A DNA stretch of 64,000 nucleotides, from assembly GCA_001768615.1 (NCBI GenBank), contig MELE01000160.1, positions 8,547 to 72,546 of the forward strand. Direction: 5' to 3'. The stretch is from Acidobacteria bacterium RIFCSPLOWO2_12_FULL_67_14b (GTDB lineage: Bacteria; Acidobacteriota; Vicinamibacteria; Vicinamibacterales; UBA2999). Each line of letters opens with the position of its first letter. Position 1 is the stretch's first letter. Shown here piece after piece: positions 27,056 to 36,296 of the stretch. Position numbers and translations under genes: made by a program. The notes under the pieces were generated by a model. The model saw nothing but the letters and a program-made list of their open reading frames with translations. It had not been told where the DNA came from and searched no databases.

Positions 27056-27370
27056 TTACGTGATCTGAGTGTTGAGTGCCTTGAAAAACGATCGCTCGGC
27101 GTGTCGCCACGCGTCGAGCACGCGCAGGGCGTATCCCGTCGGGCGGTAGAGGCGGCGCGGCAGTCCGATGGCGCCCTCGGGCAGCGGTTCCTGCCGCGAT
27201 TCGAGATAGCCCTTTTCCTGCATCCGGCCGAGCGTCACGTAGACGGTTCCGCGCTTCAACCGGCCGCCCGACTGTTCCACCATCTGCAGGCCGAACAACT
27301 CCCCGTGCTCGGTGAGCAGTTCGACAATCATCCGCTCGGTCGCCGAGAACTTGGGTAAATCGCCAATCAC
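27056..27370 (-). CDS. PadR family transcriptional regulator
   Basis: 104 aa winged-helix protein with the recognition-helix/wing segment GTVYVTLGRMQEKGYLESR typical of PadR. Confidence 0.85.
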   Translation of the reverse strand: MIGDLPKFSATERMIVELLTEHGELFGLQMVEQSGGRLKRGTVYVTLGRMQEKGYLESRQEPLPEGAIGLPRRLYRPTGYALRVLDAWRHAERSFFKALNTQIT

Positions 27371-27386
27371 ACCAGCTATTATCGGT

Positions 27387-27401
27387 CTTACATTATGTAA
27401 G
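27387..27401. promoter_or_regulatory. Candidate PadR operator: perfect palindrome CTTACAT-T-ATGTAAG
   Basis: Lies 17 nt upstream of the padR GTG in the padR/DUF1592 divergent region. Contains the ACAT/ATGT half-sites associated with PadR-family operators. Confidence 0.45.
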
Positions 27402-27446
27402 TCAAGAGGAGAGTTTCGCCGGCTCGTGCCCTATACTCCGAACCCA

Positions 27447-29885
27447 GTGAAGCGCCTTCTCGCCGGCCCGGTCGTTGTCTGCCTGCTCGCCGTGACCTTG
27501 TCGGCTCAGCAATCAGCCAAACCAGCGCCGGCCGTCACACCCGTCGCCGCGCACACAACCGGCATGACGGCGTCTGCGCAAGCGGAGCTGGTGTCGCAGT
27601 ACTGCGCGACCTGTCACAGCGAGCGCGGCAAGGCCGGGGAGCTCTCGCTGGTCGGCTGGGACACGCGGCGCGCATCGGAGCACCGCGACCTCACCGAGAA
27701 GATGATCCACAAGCTCCGCGCCGGCATGATGCCGCCGGCCGGCGCCCGTCGTCCGCCCGAGGCCGCGCTCGCGTCGTTTGTCGGCGCGCTCGAAGCGCGC
27801 ATGGACGCGCTGGCCGCGGCCAATCCCGATCCGGGATGGCGGCCGTTCCAGCGGCTCAACCGCGCCGAGTACACGCGCGAGATCAAACACCTGCTTGGCC
27901 TCGACGTCGACGTCACGGCGTTCCTGCCGCCCGACACGATCAGCGACGGCTTCGACAACGTCGCCGACGTGCAGACGTTCTCGCCGACGCTGATGGAGGG
28001 GTACCTCCGGGCCGCGAGCCGCATCGCGATGCTGGCGGTCGGCGATCCCGACAGCTCCGCGACGCAGGCCACCTTCAAGTTGCCGAAGACGGCGTCGCAA
28101 CTCGAACGCGCGGACGGCGCGCCGCCGGGCACGCGCGGCGGTATCTCGGTCGATCACACGTTCCCGGCCGACGGTGAGTACGTCTTCAGTATGGACTTTT
28201 TCGCCGAGCCGCTCGGCCTGCTCTTCGGCAGCACGACGCCGGGCGAACAGATCGAAGTGTCGCTGGACGGCGCGCGCCTGGCGCTGTTCGACATCAATCC
28301 GCGCATGAGCGAGGAGAAGACGGGGCTCACGCTCAAGACCGCCCCCCTCCACGTGAAGGCCGGCTCACACCGCGTGACGGCCGCCTTCATCCAGCGGTTC
28401 GAAGGGTTGATCAACGACCTGATTGCGCCGATCGATCACACGATGGCCGACACGGAAATCGGGACCGCCTTCGGCATCACGACGCTGCCGCACCTGCGCA
28501 GTCTCAGCGTGATCGGCCCGCACCGCGTGACCGGCGTGTCCGACACGCCCAGCCGCCGGACGGTCTTCACCTGCCGGGCGACCTCCGCCGCCGAAGAGAC
28601 CTCGTGCGCCGACGAGATCGTCCGCACCCTCGCCACGCGCGCCTTCCGGCGCCCCGTTTCCGACCACGACGCGGCGCGGTTGATGGGGTTCTACGCCCGC
28701 GGCCGCAAGGAGCGCAGCTTCGAGTTCGGCGTGACGAAAGCGCTCGAGGCGATTCTCGCCAGCCCGCAGTTCCTGTTCCGCGTCGAGGAAGTGCCCCGCC
28801 TTCGCTCGGCGAGCTTCGGCGCGGCAGGCTATCGCCTGGGTGAGTACGAGTTGGCCTCGCGGCTGTCGTTCTTTCTCTGGGGCACGGGTCCCGACGACGA
28901 GCTCCTGAAGGTGGCCGGGCAGGGGCGCCTGTCGCTGCCGGGCGCGTTGTCGCGGCAGGCGAAGCGGATGCTCGCGGCGCCGCGCGCCGATGCACTCGCC
29001 ACCCGCTTTGCCTCGCAGTGGCTGCGCCTGCAGGACCTCGAACGGGTGATCCCGGATCCGATCCTGTATCCGTACTCCGATCACACGCTCTCGCTCGCGC
29101 TGCGCCAGGAAACCGAGTTCTTCTTCGAGAGCCTGGTCCGCGAGGATCGGAGCCTGCTGGAACTGCTGACGGCCGACTACACCTTCGCCAACGAGCGGGT
29201 GGCGCGGCATTACGGCATTGCCAATGTGACCGGCAACAGGTTCCGTCGCGTCACGGTGCCGGACCATCGCCGCGGCATTCTCGGACATGGCAGCGTCCTC
29301 ACGCTGACGTCAATCGCCGATCGCACGTCTCCGGTGATGCGCGGCAAGTGGGTGATGGAAGTGCTGCTCGGATCGCCGCCGCCTCCGCCGCCGCCCAACG
29401 TGCCGGCGCTCGAAGAGACGAAAGGCACCACCGACACCGGCCGCACGCTGTCGGTCCGCGAGCGGATGGAGCAGCACCGCAGCAACCCCGCGTGCACCTC
29501 CTGCCATCGCGTGATCGATCCGCTTGGCCTGGCGCTCGAGAACTTCGATGCCACCGGCAAGTGGCGCATCAAGGACGGCGGCGCGCCCGTGGACGCCGGC
29601 GGCCAGCTGTTCGACGGCACGACCATCGACGGGCCCGCGGGCCTGCGGGGCGCGATCCTGCGGCACAAGGACGCGTTCCTCCTGAGTTTCACCCGCAGCC
29701 TGATGACCTACGCGCTCGGCCGGCGCGTCGAGGCCGCGGACATGCCCACGGTGCGCCGGATCATCCGGTCGGCCGAAGCGCAGGACTACCGCCTGAGCGC
29801 CTTCATCGCCGGCGTGATCGAATCGAGCGCCTTCCAACGGGTGCGGAGGCCCGCGCCGGAGACGACCACCGATGTTCAACACTAG
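27447..29885 (+). CDS. DUF1592/DUF1588/DUF1585-family protein with two CxxCH haem-binding motifs
   Basis: YCATCH near the N-terminus and ACTSCHRVIDPLG near the C-terminus. Signal peptide from the GTG at 27447 (the start could instead be GTG 27426). Usual partner of DUF1552. Confidence 0.8.
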   Translation: MKRLLAGPVVVCLLAVTLSAQQSAKPAPAVTPVAAHTTGMTASAQAELVSQYCATCHSERGKAGELSLVGWDTRRASEHRDLTEKMIHKLRAGMMPPAGARRPPEAALASFVGALEARMDALAAANPDPGWRPFQRLNRAEYTREIKHLLGLDVDVTAFLPPDTISDGFDNVADVQTFSPTLMEGYLRAASRIAMLAVGDPDSSATQATFKLPKTASQLERADGAPPGTRGGISVDHTFPADGEYVFSMDFFAEPLGLLFGSTTPGEQIEVSLDGARLALFDINPRMSEEKTGLTLKTAPLHVKAGSHRVTAAFIQRFEGLINDLIAPIDHTMADTEIGTAFGITTLPHLRSLSVIGPHRVTGVSDTPSRRTVFTCRATSAAEETSCADEIVRTLATRAFRRPVSDHDAARLMGFYARGRKERSFEFGVTKALEAILASPQFLFRVEEVPRLRSASFGAAGYRLGEYELASRLSFFLWGTGPDDELLKVAGQGRLSLPGALSRQAKRMLAAPRADALATRFASQWLRLQDLERVIPDPILYPYSDHTLSLALRQETEFFFESLVREDRSLLELLTADYTFANERVARHYGIANVTGNRFRRVTVPDHRRGILGHGSVLTLTSIADRTSPVMRGKWVMEVLLGSPPPPPPPNVPALEETKGTTDTGRTLSVRERMEQHRSNPACTSCHRVIDPLGLALENFDATGKWRIKDGGAPVDAGGQLFDGTTIDGPAGLRGAILRHKDAFLLSFTRSLMTYALGRRVEAADMPTVRRIIRSAEAQDYRLSAFIAGVIESSAFQRVRRPAPETTTDVQH

Positions 29886-31248
29886 ACGTGCGCTGTCCCG
29901 CCGGACGATGCTCAAAGGAATCGGCGCCTCGATCGCGCTGCCGTTCCTCGACGCGATGGCGCCGGCGGGCTCCGCGCAGGGTCGCACGCCCGTGCGCCTG
30001 ATCGCCATCGAAATGGTGCATGGCGCCGCGGGCAGCACCGCCTTCGGCATCAAGCAGAACATGTGGGCGCCGGCCGCGACGGGGAGTGCGTTCGACCTCA
30101 GGCCCACGAGCATGCGCGCGCTCGAGCCGTATCGCGACTACCTCACAATCGTCAGCAACACCGACGCGCGCAACGCCGAGGCCTTTCTGCCGCCAGAGAT
30201 CGGCGCCGATCACTTCCGCACGGCGGCCGTGTTCCTGACCCAATCGAAGCCAAAGCAGACGCAGGGGTCCGACGTGTTCGCGGGCACGTCCTTCGATCAG
30301 ATCTACGCGCACAGCGCCGGCCAGGCGACGCCGATCCCATCGATGCAGTTGTGCATCGAGAACGTCGATCAGGCGGGCGGCTGTTCGTACAACTACTCGT
30401 GCGTCTACACCGACACGATCAGCTGGGCGTCGCCCACCGATCCGCTGCCGATGATCCGCGACCCGCGCGCCGTCTTCGACCAGCTCTTCGGCGTCGGCGC
30501 CACGCCCGCGGCGCGGCGCGCCAGGCGCACGGACGATCAGAGCATTCTCGACTGGGTCACCGAAGCGGTGACCGACCTGAAGCGCCGGCTGGGCGCCGCC
30601 GACCGCGCGCGGCTGGCCGACTACCTGGACGACGTGCGCGAGATCGAGCGGCGGATTCAGAAGGTCGAGGCGGCCAACCAGGCAGGAGAGCCGCGCGAGC
30701 TGCCGGGCGCCCCCGTCGGGGTTCCCGATTCGTTCGAGGGTCACGTGAAGCTGATGTTCGACCTGCAGGCGGTGGCCTTCGCGGCCGACACGACCCGCAT
30801 CTTCTCGTTCAAGCTCAGTCGCGACGTCTCGAACCGCGTGTTCGCCGCCAGCGGATCGACCGCCGCCTTCCACACCGGCTCGCATCATCTCGATCGGGAA
30901 GAACGGATCACGGACTTCCAGAAGATCAACACCTACCATGTGGGCCTGGTCACGCACCTGCTCGACAAGCTCAAGCAGACGCCGGACGGGGCCGGCAACC
31001 TCCTCGACAACGCGCTCGTCATCTACGGATCGGCGATGGGCAACTCGAACCTGCACAACCACAAGCGGTGTCCGCTCTTCTTCGCCGGCAAGGCCGGCGG
31101 CGCGCTCAAGGGGAACCTGCACATCCGCGCGGCCGACGGCACGCCGATGGCCAACGCGATGCTGACGGCGCTGCAGGGCCTGGGCGTCGAGGTCAGCCAG
31201 TTCGGCGACAGCACGGCGGTGCTCGATCTCAATACGGTGAAGTCGTGA
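29872..31248 (+). CDS. DUF1552 domain protein with twin-arginine signal
   Basis: Tat-like N-terminus RRALSRRTMLKGIGASIALPFL. Overlaps the DUF1592 gene end by 14 nt, which is the canonical gene pair arrangement. Confidence 0.8.
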   Translation: MFNTRRALSRRTMLKGIGASIALPFLDAMAPAGSAQGRTPVRLIAIEMVHGAAGSTAFGIKQNMWAPAATGSAFDLRPTSMRALEPYRDYLTIVSNTDARNAEAFLPPEIGADHFRTAAVFLTQSKPKQTQGSDVFAGTSFDQIYAHSAGQATPIPSMQLCIENVDQAGGCSYNYSCVYTDTISWASPTDPLPMIRDPRAVFDQLFGVGATPAARRARRTDDQSILDWVTEAVTDLKRRLGAADRARLADYLDDVREIERRIQKVEAANQAGEPRELPGAPVGVPDSFEGHVKLMFDLQAVAFAADTTRIFSFKLSRDVSNRVFAASGSTAAFHTGSHHLDREERITDFQKINTYHVGLVTHLLDKLKQTPDGAGNLLDNALVIYGSAMGNSNLHNHKRCPLFFAGKAGGALKGNLHIRAADGTPMANAMLTALQGLGVEVSQFGDSTAVLDLNTVKS

Positions 31249-32891
31249 TGAAGGCTGTGGTCCTCGCCCTCGCGCTTGCGGGGGGCTTCAGTGCGTCTGA
31301 TGGCACCGTGGCCGACGCGGCGAAGGCCCGCGATGTGGCCGCAGTCCGCGCGCTGCTGAAGCAGGGCGCCGATGTCAACGCCGCGCAAGGCGACGGCATG
31401 ACGGCGCTGCACTGGGCGGCGTCGCTCGGCGACTCCACGCTGACGCAGATGCTGATCTCGGCCGGGGCCAACGTGCGCGCCACCACGCGTCTCGGCGGGT
31501 TGACGGCCCTGCACATGGCCAGCCAGGCCGGCCATGCGCCGGTGGTGGCGGCGCTGGTCGCCGCGGGCGCCGATCCGAATCTCGCCACGTCGACCGGTGC
31601 CTCTGCCCTGATGCTGGCCGCGCGCTCCGGGAGCGCGGAGACGGCGACGCGGCTGGTTGAGGTCGGCGCCGACATCAACCGCGCCGAGAAGACCTTCGGC
31701 CAGACCGCCCTCATGGTGGCGGCGGGCCTCGACCGCGCCGACCTCATCCGGCTGCTGCTCTCGCGCGGCGCGGATTGGAAGGCGGCCTCATCGGTCGCCG
31801 ACCTCAAGGCGCTCACGGCCCCGGCGGAACAGGAAGGCCGGCCGCAGGCGGCGGCCGGCGGCGGCGGATCGCGCGTCGATGTGGCCGGCGTGACCCGCGG
31901 CTACCGCTACAACGAGCTGATCGGATCGCAGGGCGGGCTCACCGCCCTCCACTTCGCCGCCCGGCAGGGCAGCGCCAACGCCGTGCGGGCGCTCGTCGGA
32001 GGTGGCGTCGACGTCAACCAGGTGAGCCCCGGCGATCGCGCCACGCCGCTGCTGGTTGCGATCATCAACGGGCATTTCGACCTGGCGGCCTACCTGATCG
32101 AACACGGCGCCGATCCGAACCTGGCGAGCGACGCCGGCGTCTCGCCCGTCTACGCGACGCTCAACGTCCAATGGGCGCCGGTCGCCGCGTACCCGCAGCC
32201 GCGCGCGCACCTGCAGCAGGCGCGGACCTATCTCGATCTGCTGGCGCTGCTGCTCGACCGGGGCGCCGATCCGAACGCGCGGGTCCGGCGGAAGGTCTGG
32301 TACTCCGGCTACAACTTCGATCAGTCCGGCGTGGACGAGGCGGGCGCCACCGCATTCTGGCGCGCGTCGTACGCCAGCGACGTTGCCGCCATGAAACTGC
32401 TGGTGTTGCGCGGCGCCGATCCGTCGATTCCCACCACCCGGCTGTTCTCGCGCCGCGGTCCCGAGGATCCGCAGGCCGGCGCCGACAAGTCAGGGCTGCC
32501 CGTGATTCCCATCGGCGGTCCCGGCGCGACGCCGCTGCACGCGGCGGCGGGGCCGGGCTACGCGATGGGCTTTGCCGGCAACTCGCATCACTACGCGCCG
32601 GGCGGCATGCTGCCGGCCGTGAGGTACCTCGTCGAAGAGCTCGGCGCCGACGTCAACGCCGTCGATCCGGACGGCAACACCGTGGTCCACAACGCCGCAG
32701 CGCGCGGCGACACGGAGATGATCCGCTATCTCGTCTCGAAGGGCGCGGACGTGAAGAAGGTGAATCGCGCCGGCCAGACGACGATCGATGTGGCCAACGG
32801 ACCGGTGCAGCGCACACAGCCGTATCCCGGGACGATCAAGCTGCTCGAGAGCCTGGGCGCCGTCAACAACCACAAGTGTGTCTCTTGCTAG
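31248..32891 (+). CDS. Exported ankyrin-repeat protein (about 10 or more repeats)
   Basis: Repeated G.TALH.AA..G motifs. Signal peptide from the ATG at 31248, which overlaps the upstream TGA. The track ORF 30063.. is a read-through extension. Confidence 0.8.
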   Translation: MKAVVLALALAGGFSASDGTVADAAKARDVAAVRALLKQGADVNAAQGDGMTALHWAASLGDSTLTQMLISAGANVRATTRLGGLTALHMASQAGHAPVVAALVAAGADPNLATSTGASALMLAARSGSAETATRLVEVGADINRAEKTFGQTALMVAAGLDRADLIRLLLSRGADWKAASSVADLKALTAPAEQEGRPQAAAGGGGSRVDVAGVTRGYRYNELIGSQGGLTALHFAARQGSANAVRALVGGGVDVNQVSPGDRATPLLVAIINGHFDLAAYLIEHGADPNLASDAGVSPVYATLNVQWAPVAAYPQPRAHLQQARTYLDLLALLLDRGADPNARVRRKVWYSGYNFDQSGVDEAGATAFWRASYASDVAAMKLLVLRGADPSIPTTRLFSRRGPEDPQAGADKSGLPVIPIGGPGATPLHAAAGPGYAMGFAGNSHHYAPGGMLPAVRYLVEELGADVNAVDPDGNTVVHNAAARGDTEMIRYLVSKGADVKKVNRAGQTTIDVANGPVQRTQPYPGTIKLLESLGAVNNHKCVSC

Positions 32892-32922
32892 GCACCCAAG
32901 GCACCGTACGCACCGTACGCAC
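32891..32922. repeat. GCACC-core array with 8-9 bp period (reverse orientation of the GGTGC arrays)
   Basis: The sequence ggcacccaaggcaccgtacgcaccgtacgcac fills the 30-nt gap between two convergent stop codons. Confidence 0.8.
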
Positions 32923-34568
32923 TATTGCTTTTTGACGTTCCACGTGCCGCTGCAGGTTGCGCCGGTAATCGAGCAGCTCCACGATCCCAGCGCGCCGGCC
33001 CGGCCGGCGTCATCCGCCCAGAATCGCCCGCCCCATCGACACGTGGCGCCCGCCACGGCCGCGGCGCCGGAACTCACCTGGCCGGAAGCGGTGACCGTGC
33101 CCGATCCCGTTCCCCCGGACGTGATCGCAATGGTCCCGCTGCTCACGGTCATCGAGACCGCGCCCGGCGTCGCCACCGTTGCTTCGCCGGGACTGCTGCA
33201 CGACCCGTTCACGCTGCCCGAGTACAGGCCGTTGAACCTCGCGATCTCCGGCGGCGGCAGCGTGACCGACAGGATGGGCAGGATCTGCTGCGTGCCGGCG
33301 GCCGCGAGCCATCGCGCCGTCGAGCTGATCCCGAGTCCCTGGTAGGCGATCACCGGCCTCGTGTTCGCCGGCACGCGTTGCGGCGGCGCCGCCACCACCA
33401 CACCCTGCCGTGGGACCGTGGCCGACGGACCGTTCGGCGCATTGGCCGCCTGTTCGTACTCGGCGGCCAGCTGCACGGCGGCGTTGATCCCGCTCGTGAT
33501 CGGCAGTCCGAGGAACGTGAAGTTGTCGAGGATCGACAGGCCGAGGTCGGTGAACGTCGAACCAGCCGACGGCAGGGCAGCGCCGGTTGCGTACGCCGAC
33601 ACGTGCGAGGTGACCGGTCCCATCGCGAGGCCCAGGCCGGTCGCCGTCGCCTCGCTGACGATCCCCGCCGCGCCGATGCCGGCCGCCGCCTGGCCGCCGA
33701 GCACAGAGAGCGGCATGCCGTACGCGAGCGCGGCGCCCGTCTGGATCATCGCCGGCCCGCGCGTCGCCAGCGGGTCGTAATAGCCGTGGAGCGAGCAGAA
33801 CATCTGGTCGGCCTGAGGATCCCCGGTCGTCGGCGGACAGGTGACGGCGGCGGGGGCCGCCGCGGCGGCCCCCGCCACGGCCGACAGTTCCGCGGACACT
33901 TCCTTCGCGATCGCATACGCGATGCGATCCGACACGCGTAGCGCGTCGCTGGTGACGACGAACGGATCGCCGTTGGTCGTCGCCAGCGTCATCGTGCGGC
34001 CGGGGTCGCCCGCGATCGCCGTCGCGACATCGATCATCGCCTGCCACTCGGCATCGAGCGCGCGCGAGCGGTCGACGACGCGCGCGAACCGCGGGTTCGC
34101 GGCCAGCGCCGCCCGCAGGATGCCCTGCACGTCCCGGGTGAGGAGCAGCCACGCCTTCGTGAGCGCGCCCGGCGGCGCGCTGGTCGACGGCGCGGGCTCG
34201 ATCGTCAGGCCGCCGAGCACGTTCGAAGTGACCACCGCGGTGGCGGAGACCTGTACGACCTGCACCTCGGCCACGACCGGCACGTCGAACAACCGCGAGG
34301 TGGCCGTCTCGACCAGCGGCGGCACGACGATCTTCAGCGCGACCGCATTGGCGAAATAGGCCGGCACGCTCACGGCGACACCGCCGCGCGGGGCGACGAC
34401 CACGCTGATGGCGGCGTTGGCGGGGTCGAAACCGTTGCCGTTGACGACCAGCGAGCCGAGCGTGGCCACGGTCTGCCGGTCGAGGGCGGTGAGGGAGATC
34501 GAGCTTTGCGCGGCCACGGACACCGCGCACAGGGCCAGGACGATCGCGGAGGCGCCGGCGCGTCTCAT
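32922..34568 (-). CDS. Hypothetical secreted protein (Ala/Gly/Thr-rich, Cys-containing C-terminal module)
   Basis: Signal peptide (IVLALCAVSVAAQ). 548 aa with no motif I recognise. Confidence 0.5.
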   Translation of the reverse strand: MRRAGASAIVLALCAVSVAAQSSISLTALDRQTVATLGSLVVNGNGFDPANAAISVVVAPRGGVAVSVPAYFANAVALKIVVPPLVETATSRLFDVPVVAEVQVVQVSATAVVTSNVLGGLTIEPAPSTSAPPGALTKAWLLLTRDVQGILRAALAANPRFARVVDRSRALDAEWQAMIDVATAIAGDPGRTMTLATTNGDPFVVTSDALRVSDRIAYAIAKEVSAELSAVAGAAAAAPAAVTCPPTTGDPQADQMFCSLHGYYDPLATRGPAMIQTGAALAYGMPLSVLGGQAAAGIGAAGIVSEATATGLGLAMGPVTSHVSAYATGAALPSAGSTFTDLGLSILDNFTFLGLPITSGINAAVQLAAEYEQAANAPNGPSATVPRQGVVVAAPPQRVPANTRPVIAYQGLGISSTARWLAAAGTQQILPILSVTLPPPEIARFNGLYSGSVNGSCSSPGEATVATPGAVSMTVSSGTIAITSGGTGSGTVTASGQVSSGAAAVAGATCRWGGRFWADDAGRAGALGSWSCSITGATCSGTWNVKKQ

Positions 34569-34620
34569 GGCTGGGCCGACGCTAGGCTAAACCCCGGCGG
34601 CCCACAAAGCAAGCCAGCCG

Positions 34621-34676
34621 GAGTCAAGAGTGCAGAGTTGAGAGTTCAGAGTTGAGAGTTAAGAGCCAAGAGCGGC
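34621..34676. repeat. Tandem heptamer array (GAGTNNA)x8
   Basis: The units read gagtcaa, gagtgca, gagttga, gagttca, gagttga, gagttaa, gagccaa, gagcggc. Overlaps the lipA stop and its last codons. Confidence 0.9.
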
Positions 34677-35591
34677 GACGGCGGCGTCGGCCTGTTCGTG
34701 CGCGTGATACGAGCTGCGCACGAGCGGACCCGCCTCGACGTGCACGAAGCCCATGCCGAGGGCAATACGCTTGAGCTCGCGGAACTCGTCCGGGTGGTAG
34801 TAGCGCGTCATCACCGCGTGCCGGTCCGAGGGGCGCAGGTACTGGCCGAGCGTCAGGATCGAGACGCCCACCGCGCGCAGGTCCCTGAAGACCTCGACCA
34901 CTTCGTCGTGCTCTTCGCCCAGGCCCATCATCATGCCGGTCTTGGTCGGGATGGCCGGCGTGAACGCGCGCGCGCGGTCGAGCAGCTCGAGCGTGCGCCC
35001 GTACTTGCCGCCGGATCGCACGGCGCGATACAGGCGCGGCACCGTCTCGGTGTTGTGGTTGAGCACGTCGGGCCGGGCGCGCAGCACCGTCTCGAGCGGC
35101 CCGGCCTCGCCCTTGAAGTCGGGAATCAGCACCTCGACGCGGCAGTCAGGCAGCCGGCGCTTGATCTCGCGGATCGTCGCGGCGAAGCTGGCGGCCCCGC
35201 CGTCCGCCTGGTCGTCGCGATCTACTGAGGTGATCACCGCGTACTTCAGCGCCATCTTCTCGACGGCCTCACCGACCCGGCGCGGCTCGTCGATGTCGAG
35301 CGTCGCCGGCCGGCCGTGCGCGACGGCGCAGTAGGTGCAGGCCCGGGTGCAGACGTCGCCGAGGATCATGAAGGTGGCCGTGCCGTGATGCCAGCACTCG
35401 CCGATGTTGGGGCAGTGGGCATCCTCGCACACGGTGTTGAGCGCGAGGTCGCGCATGATGCCGCGCAGCCGCAGGTAGTTCTCCGACCCCGGCGCGCGGA
35501 CTTTCAGCCAGTCCGGCTTCGGTTCACGCCTGCCCGCCGTAGCCTCGGCGGAGGTGGGGGGGGTCACGAAATGCAGGCGCGATTCGACCAT
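34659..35591 (-). CDS. lipA: Lipoyl synthase
   Basis: CEDAHCPNIGECW auxiliary-cluster motif and CTRACTYC radical-SAM motif. ATG at 35591 preferred over the upstream alternative start. Confidence 0.9.
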   Translation of the reverse strand: MVESRLHFVTPPTSAEATAGRREPKPDWLKVRAPGSENYLRLRGIMRDLALNTVCEDAHCPNIGECWHHGTATFMILGDVCTRACTYCAVAHGRPATLDIDEPRRVGEAVEKMALKYAVITSVDRDDQADGGAASFAATIREIKRRLPDCRVEVLIPDFKGEAGPLETVLRARPDVLNHNTETVPRLYRAVRSGGKYGRTLELLDRARAFTPAIPTKTGMMMGLGEEHDEVVEVFRDLRAVGVSILTLGQYLRPSDRHAVMTRYYHPDEFRELKRIALGMGFVHVEAGPLVRSSYHAHEQADAAVAALGS

Positions 35592-35595
35592 CTTT

Positions 35596-35714
35596 GATCC
35601 AGTGTAACTGAAAAGGCACATCGAATGATCTAATGAGCTCGTGATCGGTTGATCAATCTGTCGAACTTATGAACTGTTGATCTGGTGATCGATCTTGTGA
35701 TCTAAGTGATGATC
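35596..35714. repeat. Degenerate NNTGATC array (9 GATC sites) left of the four-helix-bundle gene
   Basis: GATC counted at 35596, 35627, 35643, 35651, 35679, 35687, 35691, 35699 and 35711. The stretch is AT-richer than its surroundings. Confidence 0.85.
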
Positions 35715-35830
35715 GAGAACATTGCCATGCCTCTGACCGCGGGGTATGGCGATTCCTGCGACGCTTCCGAGCGCCAGTCGGCGAAATCCGCCCGATCTCT
35801 GACGGTACGACCGATGCAGCGGCTTGGGCC

Positions 35831-36229
35831 ATGGATAGAGAGGAACTCGAAGCAAGAACAAAAGCCTTTGCCGTCGCCGTCATCGCGGTTTGCGATTCCA
35901 TCCGCGCCCATCCCGAGGGGAAGACCGCGGCTAAACAGCTACTGGACTGTTCCTCGTCGGTCGGAGCAAACTATCGGGCAACGTCCCGCGCGCGATCGCG
36001 CGCGGAATGGATCGCCAAGTTGGGGACCGTCGTGGAAGAGGCCGACGAATCGGCCTACTGGCTGGAGGTGGCAGACCAAGCGGGGCTAGGTGACCGGACA
36101 ACGGTGAGGCGCCTGCTCATCGAAGCCCGTGAACTCCGCGCGATCTTCGCCAAGTCGTACGCGACCTCGCGCCGGAATCACCGAAGGGGCCGCTCAAAGG
36201 ATCAATCACAAGATAGATCAAAAGACTGA
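35831..36229 (+). CDS. Four-helix-bundle protein (23S rRNA intervening-sequence protein / Avd-like family)
   Basis: 132 aa. SSVGANYRATSRARSRAEWIAKLGTVVEEADESAYWLEV matches the remembered family core (..NY.EA......DF..KL.I...E..E..YWL). The C-terminal tail is encoded by the flanking tandem array. Confidence 0.8.
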   Translation: MDREELEARTKAFAVAVIAVCDSIRAHPEGKTAAKQLLDCSSSVGANYRATSRARSRAEWIAKLGTVVEEADESAYWLEVADQAGLGDRTTVRRLLIEARELRAIFAKSYATSRRNHRRGRSKDQSQDRSKD

Positions 36230-36291
36230 TCAGTAGATCCCAAGATCAACAGCTCAATAGACAGATCACCAGATCGCCAGATCACGAGATC
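36200..36291. repeat. Degenerate AGATCANN array (9 GATC sites) right of and overlapping the 3' end of the four-helix-bundle gene
   Basis: GATC at 36200, 36216, 36228, 36236, 36244, 36264, 36272, 36280 and 36288. The last four units are regular 8-mers. This is the reverse complement of the left array motif. Confidence 0.85.
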
Positions 36292-36296
36292 AAAAG

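Noticed and set aside
35831-36229. Diversity-generating retroelement around the Avd-like gene
   Set aside because: No reverse transcriptase ORF and no template/variable repeat pair are nearby. The only repeats are the short-period arrays.
35596-36291. GATC cluster as a replication origin or Dam/SeqA-type regulatory region
   Set aside because: No DnaA-box-like repeats and no dnaA, dnaN or gid genes are nearby. The GATC enrichment is a by-product of the tandem unit sequence.
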